Shown here: one piece after another, positions 39,169 through 51,323 of the stretch
Position numbering within the stretch: the first letter of the stretch is position 1
How the letters are laid out: every line of letters begins with the position of its first letter
From: Balanoglossus misakiensis
Taxonomy: Eukaryota > Animalia > Hemichordata
DNA length: 64,000 bases
Direction of reading: 5' to 3'
NCBI GenBank assembly: GCA_040954595.2
Contig: CM082594.2
Span: forward strand, 1,320,247-1,384,246
The notes under the pieces: model-generated
Told to the model about the DNA's origin: nothing
The model's database searches: none
What the model saw: the letters and a program-made list of their open reading frames with translations, nothing else
Program-made: the position numbers and the translations under genes

Positions 39169-40051
39169 GAACGGATGAGTCGTAATAATATGCTTCAATC
39201 ATAGGGGCTTTGATAATTATTAAAAAAAAAAATAATGTACTCACAACCGACATTTATACAACAGACAGCTCAAGAAACTCCTCCATGTGTACAATACTTA
39301 GCCAATTTAGTGACAACATCAGCTTGCAGAGCACGTGAGCACCGCTTTCGCCAGCCTGTGGTGCCCGCATATCTTTTTTGTTCAGCAGTAACATGCACGA
39401 CACATGCAGAGACACAAACGTCCATGTTGCAAATTGTAGATGAAAGCATCAGCTGCGCTGGTTTTATGGTCAGCATCACTGGCTGTTACATGAAAACTGT
39501 TTGTCACATACCTTAACCAACATATACGTGTATCTGTATGGAAAGAAAGTAGGCTCACCCCCGGTACAGTATTATTTTTTTTGCATGCACGCAATGGCCT
39601 GAATTTGCTAAACTGGGATCATCTGCGCGCATTTCAAAACGTGCTCGTTGCTTAACTTCGCGTGCTTTACTACTCACAATTATTCCACTTGTGAACGAAC
39701 ACGTCACCCAATTTTACAGTGTAGCCATGTGGAAAACTGGTGACAAGGTAATGTTTCATTCGAAGATCAACCTACGTTCAGAAAGTTTGCATTGTGGTGA
39801 ATTCTCACTGCTCTCGCAATGCGGTCTGTGGCTCACTGCCGCAGACCGCATTACACGTAGAAATAAATTCTGTACGTCACAGTTCGTAGGTCGCATAGGT
39901 CATGGAGTTAATCCATTATACATTGCGGCTTAAAATTTCTCGTGACCCTCTTATCATGCAGCTTGTGTGTTACTGACCACTGACGCATGTCAAAACACTC
40001 AATATTTTTTTTAAATTTGCAAAATCTTTCATTTTAAAGTCGTGATACTCA

Positions 40052-40230
40052 CTGCAGATAGCATTCTTTTCAGTAGGAACTATTTCTGCTGCCATTTCAA
40101 TATTGTCTGTATTCCATGTAAATATATTTCCTCCAATTGAACAGTCCACCGCCACAGCTGCAACCTCTTCTGCAGTCAGAACTTTTGACCACATGTATGT
40201 CATTTAGTCAAGACAATTTGGGAGAACTGT
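40052..40230 (-). pseudogene. Pentraxin/LamG domain C-terminal exon fragment
   Basis: YMWSKVLTAEEVAAVAVDCSIGGNIFTWNTDNIE resembles the pentraxin C-terminus (W-x-x-VL-x-x-EE ... G-N-I-F-x-W). Donor GTGAGT at ~40051. The 5' side abuts a TTAAAGCC-starting repeat. Confidence 0.65.
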
Positions 40231-40233
40231 AGT

Positions 40234-40440
40234 TTAAAGCCTCCAAAGCTGCCACTTTTTGCATTATTTTCATGATTTTATTTTCCAACTTAAATTGGTT
40301 CATCAAAATAAGCTTACTGATTGGTATACATAAACATCTTATCGATGCCCGATTGTGACTGCATGTTGCAATTGGAACATGCTATGTATTAAAACGGTGC
40401 CTCACCGATTTAATCAGCCTTCATACAAACAATAGCAGCT
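40234..40440 (+). mobile_element. Kolobok-like non-autonomous element fragment (TTAA + AGCC terminus); relatives at ~29344-29660 and ~46659-46780
   Basis: TTAAAGCCTCCAAAGCTGCCAC, TTAAAGCCTCACAGGCTGCCA and TTAAAGCCCTAAGGGTTGTGCCAC termini, with shared internal sequence. Confidence 0.5.
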
Positions 40441-41042
40441 AAGCAGCTATCGTGAAATGCGACGCCAAGTGATGACAAACCAATGCAAATGCAAGTAATA
40501 TGGCTTAATGGTCACGGGTGAAGATTTTAGGGAATAGGGAATATACATATGAAGTATTTTACTCTGGAAAAAAATATGCCAATTTTAGCAGCTATAGGGT
40601 TTTTAAAGCGCGGGCGAAGTATGAAAAGATGCAGTAAATATCGATACATTGTATTTTGGAGGTTTCTCATAACCATGATTGGTTGGCTAATTATGCGGCG
40701 TTTTCTAAATAAAAGGAACAATATTAATTTATTGTTGGGGCTCACCTCCGTTAACATCTTGCCGTCTCTGCTGAGTGTTGGCCTCTTCCAGCGGCACGTG
40801 TTTGTCCTTTACGTCCTGTAAAATATTTAGAATAGCGCTGCCATTTGATCAAAGGATAAGCTGGCTTCGCGTGTTAGGGATGTGTGTCTGACGACTATGC
40901 CTCGAAGCAAAAGACACAGCCGACCCTGCCACGCAGATTCATTTGTTGTGTCACACATTTTTGATCCAAGAAGAGAATATCAACCTTGACGTTGCGAAAA
41001 TGACAAGAAACTTTCACTCATATAGGTTGTGTGATTACTTAC

Positions 41043-41129
41043 CCGCAACTTGTTGGGAATTGCTGTCACCAGAGGCGCCCACAGCGTGAAAGCCAGAATG
41101 ACTGCGACGCCTGCATTGGAGTTCGTCAT
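41043..41129 (-). CDS. First coding exon of a secreted protein (signal peptide)
   Basis: MTNSNAGVAVILAFTLWAPLVTAIPNKLR followed by a consensus donor GTAAGT, with a TATA box ~65 nt upstream. Confidence 0.55.
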
Positions 41130-41192
41130 GAATGGAAACATCGATGAACACGTTCGGTCTTCGATGAGGCTAGTGTCCACAGAATAGGCATT

Positions 41193-41200
41193 CTTTTATA
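41193..41200 (-). promoter_or_regulatory. TATA box
   Basis: TATAAAAG on the minus strand upstream of the signal-peptide exon. Confidence 0.5.
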
Positions 41201-41699
41201 ACGCAGCTGGGAGGTGGTAAATCCATTGTGATCACCATGCTATTAGTAGCCCAAGCAGTCAAAATTTGCGAAAAATATATAAATATGGAAAAATATATCA
41301 ATGGGATCAATAGTTATTAAGCACTTTTTAAAAACAAATGACACCGTAAGATCAATTATCTTGTTTTCCGCGACAAGTTTCAACATGGTATGTCAGCGCT
41401 ACCAGTGAATAATATTATTAGAAACTATGACAGCTGTAACCGTGCGATTAATGATTTGATCAATTTTAATCATATACTTGTAAATATTTGCGCGGGTGCT
41501 GGTTTAATAAACTGTGTTGATATATAGGTGGAAGACTGTTTAGTTTTCCAGTCAATTATGTGATGTATTACGCCTGACGCTTAAATGATTTGGTCCAGGG
41601 AGAATAACCGTGTTTGGCCGGTCAAGCGAACCCTGGATCTTGCAGGCTCTGCCCACTTTCCAAGCAACAACCATTGAGCATGCGCAGTTGATACTTCAC

Positions 41700-44600
41700 A
41701 TTGTAAACGTTGATGGCGTCGCTGTATATGCTTCTGGACCGCTGTCGCCCGACTATGTCGGCAAAGAAGAGACGAATTTAACCAAGCAACGCCATATCGG
41801 AAGATAGAATGATCGCGAGATGAAACCGGGATATCCAACGATTTTGCAGCCATGTTGATTGATTGGTAAGTCGCCGAAGTAACTATTTGCCATTGATTTG
41901 TTTACCAGAAACGGTTTGCCTTTGGAACGCATTTGACCTCACCGAAATTGATTTCAGAGTTTTTTCCCAAGAACTAATGACGTTCGTTTTCACCTTTCTG
42001 TCCCGAAGTTGCAAACGTGTTGTCTCTGAGAAAATAAATGTGATTTGTACCCGCGATAATCATAGTTCGGATTTCAACCCACACCATCAACGCCAGCCAT
42101 TCACCAACATGTGCCAGATAATGTTTATCAGTCATATTTTCTCAGTCTGAATTTACAAAAGACTAATTGTATTGTATGCACATTGCAATTTTAATATGTA
42201 ACACGTTTGACCTGAGTGGGAGGATGGATTGAAGGGACACAAGCTTTTGTAGCCACTTATATTTTGACACTGTTTATATAAATGTTGAGCTGGCATATTT
42301 GTTCCCTTATGATGTAGTGTACCTGTTGCATTGAAATGAAGCTGTAATATTAAAGTGCAATTTAGTCCTTTGGTTTACTGGGAAAATGAGGTCAATAAAT
42401 GACAGGTTTATTTAGATATATGATATATTTCTCACAAGCACTAATGCATATGTATGAGATACTTATTTATTTTTAATTTATGTATTTATTTTAAATTTAT
42501 TTTGTACGTTCAGGTAATCATATGGATTTGTATGGAATCACATACACATTAATTGAAGACTATCATATCACAGAAGTCGAGCCTCCACATGTGTAAGGTA
42601 ACCATTTTCGTTTCATGACTAAGTTTGTTTAAGAATTCATAAAGCACGAATTCTACCTAATGAATGAATTTTCTTAGAATTTCACAACTGTGACAGGGTT
42701 TGCAGTTATGCGAAAAAGTGTTATTATTGATAATTCACATACGAAACTTTTCGTATACATTTTTCTGATGGCAATGCATTTAACTTTGAACAAATATTGA
42801 CGTCAGTTAGTAGTGCTATTTTGTCAGTGAAATTGCTTCATCATCATCCCTCCAACCAAAGTTGAAACTGAGTTGCAAATATTGCACAGCTTGAAATCAT
42901 AAAATGTTGCAAAATTGAACCAACAGTTCGGTCAACGATTATGTTCTTACAGCTATTATTAGAAGCAGACAGTCTCAGGGAACAAGATACATGGGCCTGA
43001 TTTGCAAACTGAGTTGGAACTAACCTTGCCTGCCCATGGATGCGCCAATTCAGTGAATCTTATCGTATTAAAAATGAATATGGAGAACTATTCTCTGTGT
43101 TGTGATTCAATTGTTAGCCTACATGTATACATATGTACCTTGAGTGATTCCACTTTCTTCAGTGTCCTGTGAATTCAGTTGCCATAACTTGCGCTTCACA
43201 CAGCGCATACATGTAGGTCTAATCAATTGGGCAACTGGGTCTTACAATATTATCTGATGCCTCTTACTGGCCAAAGGACCACAAGTTGCATTTTCACATC
43301 GCATATAAATAGAAAACCCATTAATTTCTACTGTATGATTTTATTGACGATTCAATAGTTTCATGACTGTTAGTGTTAATTACAATACCTAAATTTCCAA
43401 ATGAAAGCATGCTGTCAGTTTTCATGTGATTGATATTAATTTTACAATTTCAAAATATGCTTAGCTCTGAATGATTATGAACATATCAAACTTCATGTTA
43501 AATAAACTGTCTTGATATTGTATACATTAAGGCCTACTACCAGTGTCACAACATTGATTTCCTGCATTTTTGCTCATGCCTTCTGACCAGTCAGTTGGCT
43601 CTGTATGTGTGTATGTAGTATGTATGGATGTATGTATGTCTGTCCACATCAAAAACTTGAAAACCCCTTCGCGTATCCCCTTGATATTTGGTGTGTAGAT
43701 GCAGGCCAGCCTGAAAATAGGATTTTGTTCATATTAAGAAGGTTGAAGTATTTTCATGATTGGTTTTATTTGATTACTCCAGAAACATACAATACAGAGT
43801 CTGTGTGGTAAGTCTTGATATTGGGTTTTTAGATGCAGGCACGCCTGTTCAAATGAAATATGCTAATTACCTGGAGCAATGTGAAATTGATCAAAACTCA
43901 GAAACTCAACAACTGGTCAGATTGCTTTGAACATTTGTATGCATGTAGCTTATGTCACGCCTGATATACTTTCAGCTAATATCGTGAATTGTATCTAGAA
44001 TTTAGTATGCTATTTCCTATAGGTAATCTTTGTTAGTATTGTTTAAATTGTGGCAAAATTTGTAATTTTTGGGAAATATAATTTTGTCATTTTTGGTCAA
44101 AAATCATTTTCTCTGAAACTCCATGTCAGGTCAGGTTGCATTTAAATTTTGGTTTGCTTGTTCCATGAGGTAACCCAAGTAATGTTGTATATCATTTTGG
44201 TGAAATTTGCATATTTGTGGTCTTGAGGCAATTTTTGCAATTTTTATTCTTTGAAACCGCATGTCAGATTGCTTTCAATTTTGGTAGGCATGTTCCTTTT
44301 GGTGATTGAAGTGAGATATTGTTGGATTTGTTGATATCTGAATTTTTGTGGTTGAGGCAGTTTTTGTCATTGTTGAAGAAATGTTGTTTTCACTGAAAAT
44401 ACTCCGATTCCTGTGAAATTGTATTAGGTTACCTGGTAGGTCATATCTGCTTGGCAATGTCACAGCGGTGTACACACCTATTTTTGTGTAATCCAAAGTG
44501 TCTAATAACCTAGCAAATATTTACTAGTAAATCATGTATGTTCTACTTCTTACAAGGTTGAAGTATGTTGATGTCTGGGTTAAATGGGATTCTTCAGAAA

Positions 44601-46050
44601 CATACAATACAGAGTCTGTGGTACAGTTCATGGTCACATTCAGAATTACCTAGTCTATATCCAGCCGTGTTCTGTCCGCTTTGCTTCCAAAAGTATCGTC
44701 TAGTGTCATGCATGCCACTTGCCCAATAATCTGACACCCCTTGCTGGGAAATTTGATGTAACAAGTGTCCCTTAGTGAAGTTATTAACATAAACTGAACA
44801 ATGTTGATTTGGCGTAAGATTATAGTGAAGGCAGGGCTTATTACATTGAAAATGCTATCCAGCCTTAATTACACATTATGAATATCCTTTGTCCAATCAT
44901 CGGAAAAACAATGTACCATAGACTTGCATAGCACTTTGAAGGTGAATCGCAAGTGGTCACTTTAATTACATTACCTCAAGCAGTCTTTTACATGTAGCTA
45001 TAATAAGACAAACATTCCCAGTGTAATTAACATCACTGTTGTTATTAGTATCTATCTCCGATAAGTATCAAGTCTGCCTTATGTTATTTTAAGTCAATTG
45101 TCAGGTTCATGTACATATTTTACAACTTATCTATCTTGTCAAAAACTTTCGCATGTACCTAATTCTAGGCTTACCAGTAGGGTTATAGATACAGTGTATT
45201 ATATTAACATGCATTAATGTGAAACTAAATGTTGATGGTTAATTAAAGACCCCCTTGAGCTATGGTAACCTCATTAAATATGTGCATATCTTATTCTAGT
45301 GGATGTGGTAACCTGGACATGGACAACTTCGGGGTCAAAATCTTTTGACAAACTTTTGGGTGATCTTGGGTAAACTTTGACCTACATTCCTATATCTTGG
45401 CATCCGGCACAGATACATCCTTGACACTTGGAGTGATGGAACTATGTAATGGAATATTATGTCTTGCCTCATTAATTATGTACATACCTAATGCCAGCCT
45501 AACCAATAGGGCTGGAAGTCTGCCTTTTTTTGGACATGATAAATTTGAGATCAACATTTTTCTACAGCAGCCAGCCTTCTCTTAAAAAGAATGGACAATA
45601 TAAAGGCTTTGCTGGTATACTGAACTTTTGACTCCCTCCCTGAGACTGTGTGCCAATGACGGGATAGCCTACTCAGCGTTGGGTAGATCCTAAGAAGGCC
45701 TCAGCCAGGCATCAGATACAAAAAGCGGAAATCCAAGCTTTAATGGTGGGTTACATCGTTAACTTCCCTGCAGAGCTGATTTCTCAGACTGTGAGCCAAT
45801 GGCGGGTAAAGCCCCTAGGTAGGGGCCACCTAAGACAGGCCGGTCATGCTTTAGTCACAAAGAAGGGCAAGTTCAGTCATACCATAACTTTGTCTGCTGT
45901 ATATGCTTCATAATGATTGCATGGTATTTTGAGAATACATTGTCTTAAGGCAGTGTGACCAGCTAAAAAGTACTGGCAAACACAGCCAATGTGTAATAAA
46001 AAACATCTCATGTGGCTAAATAAAAGACATAAAACACAGCAAAAGCACTG
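41700..46050 (+). other. Putative three-exon transcription unit, copy 2
   Basis: Exon 1 ends at 41865 (GTAAGT). Exon 2 is 42514-42592. The terminal exon starts at 45568, with AATAAA at ~45995 and ~46019. The spliced frame reads MKPGYPTILQPC[TGA]LIGNHMDLYGITYTLIEDYHITEVEPPHVSQPSLKKNGQYKGFAGILNF*. Confidence 0.55.
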
Positions 46051-47359
46051 TGACTAGCTGAGACATAATACTCCATTATGCATTTCCATCACTCCAAGTG
46101 TCAAGGTTGCATCTGCTCTGGATGCCAAGATATAGTAATGTTGGTCAAGGTTTACCCAAAGTCACCCAAAGTTTTGTCAAACAATTTTGACCCCAATGTT
46201 GTCCATGTTTAGGTTTCTCCCTCCACTGGATAGCCTACAATTAGATATGCAAATATTTAATGACGTTACTATAGATTATGGCGGTCCTAAATTAACCATG
46301 AAATTATAGTTTCATGTTAATTCTTGTCATTACAAAACACTGTATCTATAACCCTTCTGGAAGCCATACTTTGTTTCATGCTACCCAATATGTGAAAGTA
46401 GGTAAAAAATCAGCCAAGGTTATTTGAAATTTTGCTGAAAAAAATCCGGTCCCTGACATTTGGTAAAGGGGTCAAGACACTTGGCAACAAATTTTTGTCC
46501 CAGATTACAACATATTCATAAAAAACTCAGGGAAAGAAGGAAGTTTTTCACAGCTTTGGTGCTTCAAATAGTAGAGAGGTTCCCAAGTTATTTCAATGAA
46601 ACCTTAATGTCAACATTACATCGTTAGACTCAAACTCATCTGGCATAAAGCTGCTAGTTAAAGCCCTAAGGGTTGTGCCACTTTTTCATTATTTTCATCT
46701 AAGATTTGTCAATCTAAATAAGCTTACTGCTTGGTATACATCTACATGAACATCTTGTTGACAGACGATTGTGGCTGTAATTTAACCCTAACGCTGTCGA
46801 GTCCGTAGCAGAGCGCCCGATTTCCGGTGTGGGTAGAAGTCGAACGTTGGCGAGTGATGAATGACCTAATCGGTATGAATCGATATGATTCGCCGACCCG
46901 CTGGAGTCTCTAGGCGTTTGCGTGCGCTTCGCTATAACGGGTTGTCTTTGAACTACCGTTTTGAGGGCAATATCTGTTAGGACAGGAAAGTCTCGACAGG
47001 GTTATTTGCCTTGAACTACAAAGAGCACACTATCTATAGAGGCAAATTCCGCCGGTCACCCCCGACCCTGGGGAGACCGTTTTTTTATGTGTCCGCAAAA
47101 ACGTACTTGACAGCGATGCATAGTTTTCCATAGCAGACGGTTCCACAACGACATAGGGTATCGACCTTTTCGATGGCAAGACGTGTCGGACGCACTCGTG
47201 GGTGCCTGTTTAGGAGAGTGCGTTTTGGGATCGACTCGGGAAAACATGACGATTTTTGCCGATGGTGCGAACCGATGACCGACGTCTTGGCGTGCGTGCG
47301 TCGCAGGCCATATCTTTCGCGACCGACTCGTAGCCTACAATTACTCGTGAAAGAAAACT

Positions 47360-47583
47360 TGGTACGGACAGGCTTTGACGGGACTTGGCTTGCGTAGCCA
47401 GCGACACAAGTGTGTAAAAAGCGACTGGGTGTGCATTTTGACGTAACAGCCGACGATGTTGACCGACTCGTCGTTTACACCCCGGTTCGCGACACATTGG
47501 ATCGGACAGGTTTTGACGGGACTTGGCTTTGCGTAGCCAGCGGCACAAGTGTGTAAAAAGCGACTGGGTGTGCATTTTGACGA
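47360..47583. repeat. Direct repeat, ~80-bp block x2
   Basis: CGGACAGG.TTTGACGGGACTTGGCTT.GCGTAGCCAGCG.CACAAGTGTGTAAAAAGCGACTGGGTGTGCATTTTGACG at ~47365 and ~47503. Confidence 0.85.
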
Positions 47584-47586
47584 AAG

Positions 47587-50500
47587 GCTATCATATACTG
47601 AGTAAAATTCACTTTGTTTGCCATCTGGGCACCGGGGCGTTTTCGAGTTATTGGCTTCTAAATTATATTGGGTAACGTATGTAGGAAAGCCTAAAAGTGC
47701 GTATAAATTGACGTAGGGGGGTAAATTAGTCTTGTAAAATGCTGTCTCTCTGAACGTATACCTCGAACAACAGGGATGTATTTGGTATCAAAAGAAAGCT
47801 TAATAAACAAGCTTTCCATTAATTACAAAATAAAAGTGATATGAATAATCATGACATCATAGTGACGTCATAAGTCAAAATACCCTTACGAAAATGGTGT
47901 TATGTTCACCTATAAATGTGAGGTTTTGCAAAACATGTCTCTGTGCAATTGTACTGATGAAAACTGATGAAAACTGTGATGTGTTTGGTATCAACAGAAA
48001 GCTGATTGAGTAAAGTATCTAATTATTGCAAAAAATTGATATAATAATCAATTACGTCATCATTACGTCATACTTCCAAGTACCCTTACCAATTAGTGAC
48101 TATGATGACAAGTTATTACCCTAGGAGATAGGTGCCTTTAAATAAAAAAAATTGGTAAGGAAGGTTTGTGAAGTCCATTCTATGTAAAAAATGGTGCTGA
48201 TTCCAAAAAAGTCAGTCTTATTGACCCCACCCAAGAAAAAATTGCCATTTTAGCACTTTTTATCCCAAAAAATGTCATTTTTAGAAAACACTAAAAACAC
48301 ACTGTTTTCATCACATTCGAAGATCTGATGACATATGATATGCCTATTCTATGTAAAATTCGGTTGATATTACGAAAAAAGCAGTCTGACTGACCCCAAA
48401 CGAGACAGAATTGCCTTTTTGACCATTTTTTGCCCAAAAAAGTCATTTTTAGACAAAACTTAAAACACACTCTACTCTTCATATTGATTGATTTGATGAT
48501 ATATGGAAAGTCAATTCTATGTGTAAAGTGGTGACTATAAAACATAAAGCAGTCTTTTTTGACCCCAATCAATACAAAAATGCCATTTTTGGCCACATTT
48601 TTGAGGTCAAAAAGGTCATTTTTACAAAAAAAAACTAAAAACAAACTGTTTTCTTCATATTCAGAGATCTGATTATGTATGAAAAGTCCATTCTATGTAA
48701 AAAAAAATCTGATTGACCCCATTCTAGTCAAAATTGCGTTTTTGGCAATTTATTGCCTAAAAAGACCTACTGAAGACAAATTTATCATTTTAAACATTTT
48801 CTAGAGAAAAAAATGTTTGCATTTGGAGATAGCCCAAATTGAACTCATAATGATGATGAAACAGCGTCGAGAGTAAAAGAAGTTATAAGTATTGAACCAA
48901 AGTCGCATCGATGAATCTAAACACGTCGCCCAGGACCAAGCATTAAACATGATACAGGCGACAAAAAGACAGGCACTGCACATGGCAAAGTCCCAAATAT
49001 TCACTTAGAGCATCTCCAAATTGAAACGTCAAGGAATTTAAGAGTTTTTAGTATATTTATTAGGTTTAAACCCACATTTTCCCTGTTGTGTGCTAGTTCA
49101 GGGGCCAGTTTTAGCTCTATTGAGTATTTAGCATCGTGGGATTGCACCCCTGTCCAATCAAAATGACGGAGGTATCATGATATAATATAATTTCTGATTT
49201 TGTATTCCGAACGAAGAGGATAAATGTCAACAATCTATCCGGAGCTGGTATAGATGTACATAAAAAAATTTATACCATGTATAACCGACTTATAGTATAC
49301 AGTGTGAATACATGGATCGTCTCGTTTTATTGTTGAGTTCCATTTTAGGCTAAATGTGCCAAATTGTGGCAACTCTGCCTTTCAATATCATCAATTCAAC
49401 TGATATCATATGGTATGACATTTTAAATATGCAAATATAACATCAAAACTCAAAAGGCAAAAAACACCAATTATTTTGTTTTCTGAAAAAGACAATTGTT
49501 GACTAGAAGATGGCTTAGTGGCAATTTTGTATTGAGTGGGGTCTTAATAAGACTGTTGTGTTGGTATCAGCATATTTTTTGCAAAAAATGGACTTTCCAT
49601 TCATAATCAAACATTTAAATACGAAGAAAACAGCTTGTTTTCATTTTTTCTTGAAATGACCTTTTTGACAAAAATGGCCAAAATGACAATTTTGTAGGGC
49701 TGAAAAGTATTATTTTTGGAATCGGCTCCCTTTCAACAAAAATGGACCTTCTCCGTACATCATAAGATCTCTGAAAATAAAGAAAGAAGTTTCAAACAGT
49801 TACCTTTTTGAGTAAAGTGGCCAAAATGGCATTTTTTCCCTCTGTGGAGTCAGTAAGAGTGCTTTTTTGGAAAAATCGCTACTTTTAAGATAGAATGGAC
49901 TTTTATTTATTATTAGTTGCAAACATTGTTTTCTCTAGAAAATGTTTAAAATGATAAATTTGTCTTAAGTAGGTCTTTTTAGGCAATAAATTGCCAAAAA
50001 CACAATTTTGACTAGAATGGGGTCAATCAGATTTTTTTTTTACATAGAATGGACTTTTCATACATAATCAGATCTCTGAATATGAAGAAAACAGTTTGTT
50101 TTTAGTTTTTTTTTTGTAAAAATGACCTTTTTGACCTCAAAAATGTGGCCAAAAATGGCATTTTTGTATTGATTGGGGTCAAAAAGACTGCTTTATGTTT
50201 TATAGTCACCACTTTACACATAGAATTGACTTTCCATATATCATCAAATCAATCAATATGAAGAGTAGAGTGTGTTTTTAGTGTTTTCTAAAAATGACCT
50301 TTTTTGGGTTAAAAAGGGCCAAAATGGCAATTTTTTCTTGGGTGGGGTCAGTCAGACTGCTTTTTTTCGTAATATCAACCAAATTTTACATAGAATAGGC
50401 ATATCATATGTCATCAGATCTTCCAATGTGACGAAAACAGTGTGTTTTTAGTGTTTTCTAAAAATGACCTTTTTTGGGTTAAAAAGTGCCAAAATGGCAT

Positions 50501-51323
50501 TTTTTTCTTGGGTGGGGTCAGTCAGACTGCTTTTTTCGTAATATCAACCAAATTTTACATAGAATAGGCATATCATATGTCATCAGATCTTCGAATGTGA
50601 CGAAAACAGTGTGTTTTTAGTGTTTTCTAAAAATGACCTTTTTTGGGTTAAAAAGTGCCAAAATGGCAATTTTTTCTTGGGTGGGGTCAATAAGACTGAC
50701 TTTTTTGGAATCAGCACCATTTTTTACACAGAATGGACTTCACAAACCTTCCTTACCAATTTTTTTTATTTAAAGGCACCTATCTCCTAGGGTAATAACT
50801 TGTCATCATAGTCACTAATTGGTAAGGGTACTTGGAAGTATGACGTAATGATGACGTAATTGATTATTATATCAATTTTTTGCAATAATTAGATACTTTA
50901 CTCAATCAGCTTTCTGTTGATACCAAACACATCACAGTTTTCATCAGTTTTCATCAGTACAATTGCACAGAGACATGTTTTGCAAAACCTCACATTTATA
51001 GGTGAACATAACACCATTTTCGTAAGGGTATTTTGACTTATGACGTCACTATGATGTCATGATTATTCATATCACTTTTATTTTGTAATTAATGGAAAGC
51101 TTGTTTATTAAGCTTTCTTTTGATACCAAATACATCCCTGTTGTTCGAGGTATACGTTCAGAGAGACAGCATTTTACAAGACTAATTTACCCCCCTACGT
51201 CAATTTATACGCACTTTTAGGCTTTCCTACATACGTTACCCAATATAATTTAGAAGCCAATAACTCGAAAACGCCCCGGTGCCCAGATGGCAAACAAAGT
51301 GAATTTTACTCAGTATATGATAG
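47587..51323. mobile_element. Second foldback element of the same family, with near-perfect inverted arms
   Basis: CTATCATATACTGAGTAAAATTCACTTTG... at ~47588 and its reverse complement ending at ~51322. Arms include CCTAGGAGATAGGTGCC and the ~120-bp subrepeats. The core is homologous to ~9430-10120. Confidence 0.9.

Larger units (their letters stand above)
29560..46780. repeat. Large inverted segmental duplication: arms ~29560-35283 and ~41673-46780 around a 6.4-kb unique spacer
   Basis: Reverse-complement matches traced along the whole arm. The inner ends are GCGCATGCTCAAT (to 35283) and ATTGAGCATGCGC (from 41673). Confidence 0.92.

Noticed and set aside
38992-39253. HSFI-repeat ORFs
   Set aside because: They are translations of the (TGAA)n microsatellite.
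29560-46780. Giant TIR transposon such as a Polinton/Maverick
   Set aside because: Arms are diverged and carry independent insertions and exon-like islands, and the spacer has no polymerase, integrase or capsid genes. An inverted segmental duplication fits better.
46783-46792. Telomerase RNA template-like TAACCCTAAC
   Set aside because: No recognisable pseudoknot, CR4/5 or H/ACA domain follows. A TTAA-CCCT transposon end explains it more simply.
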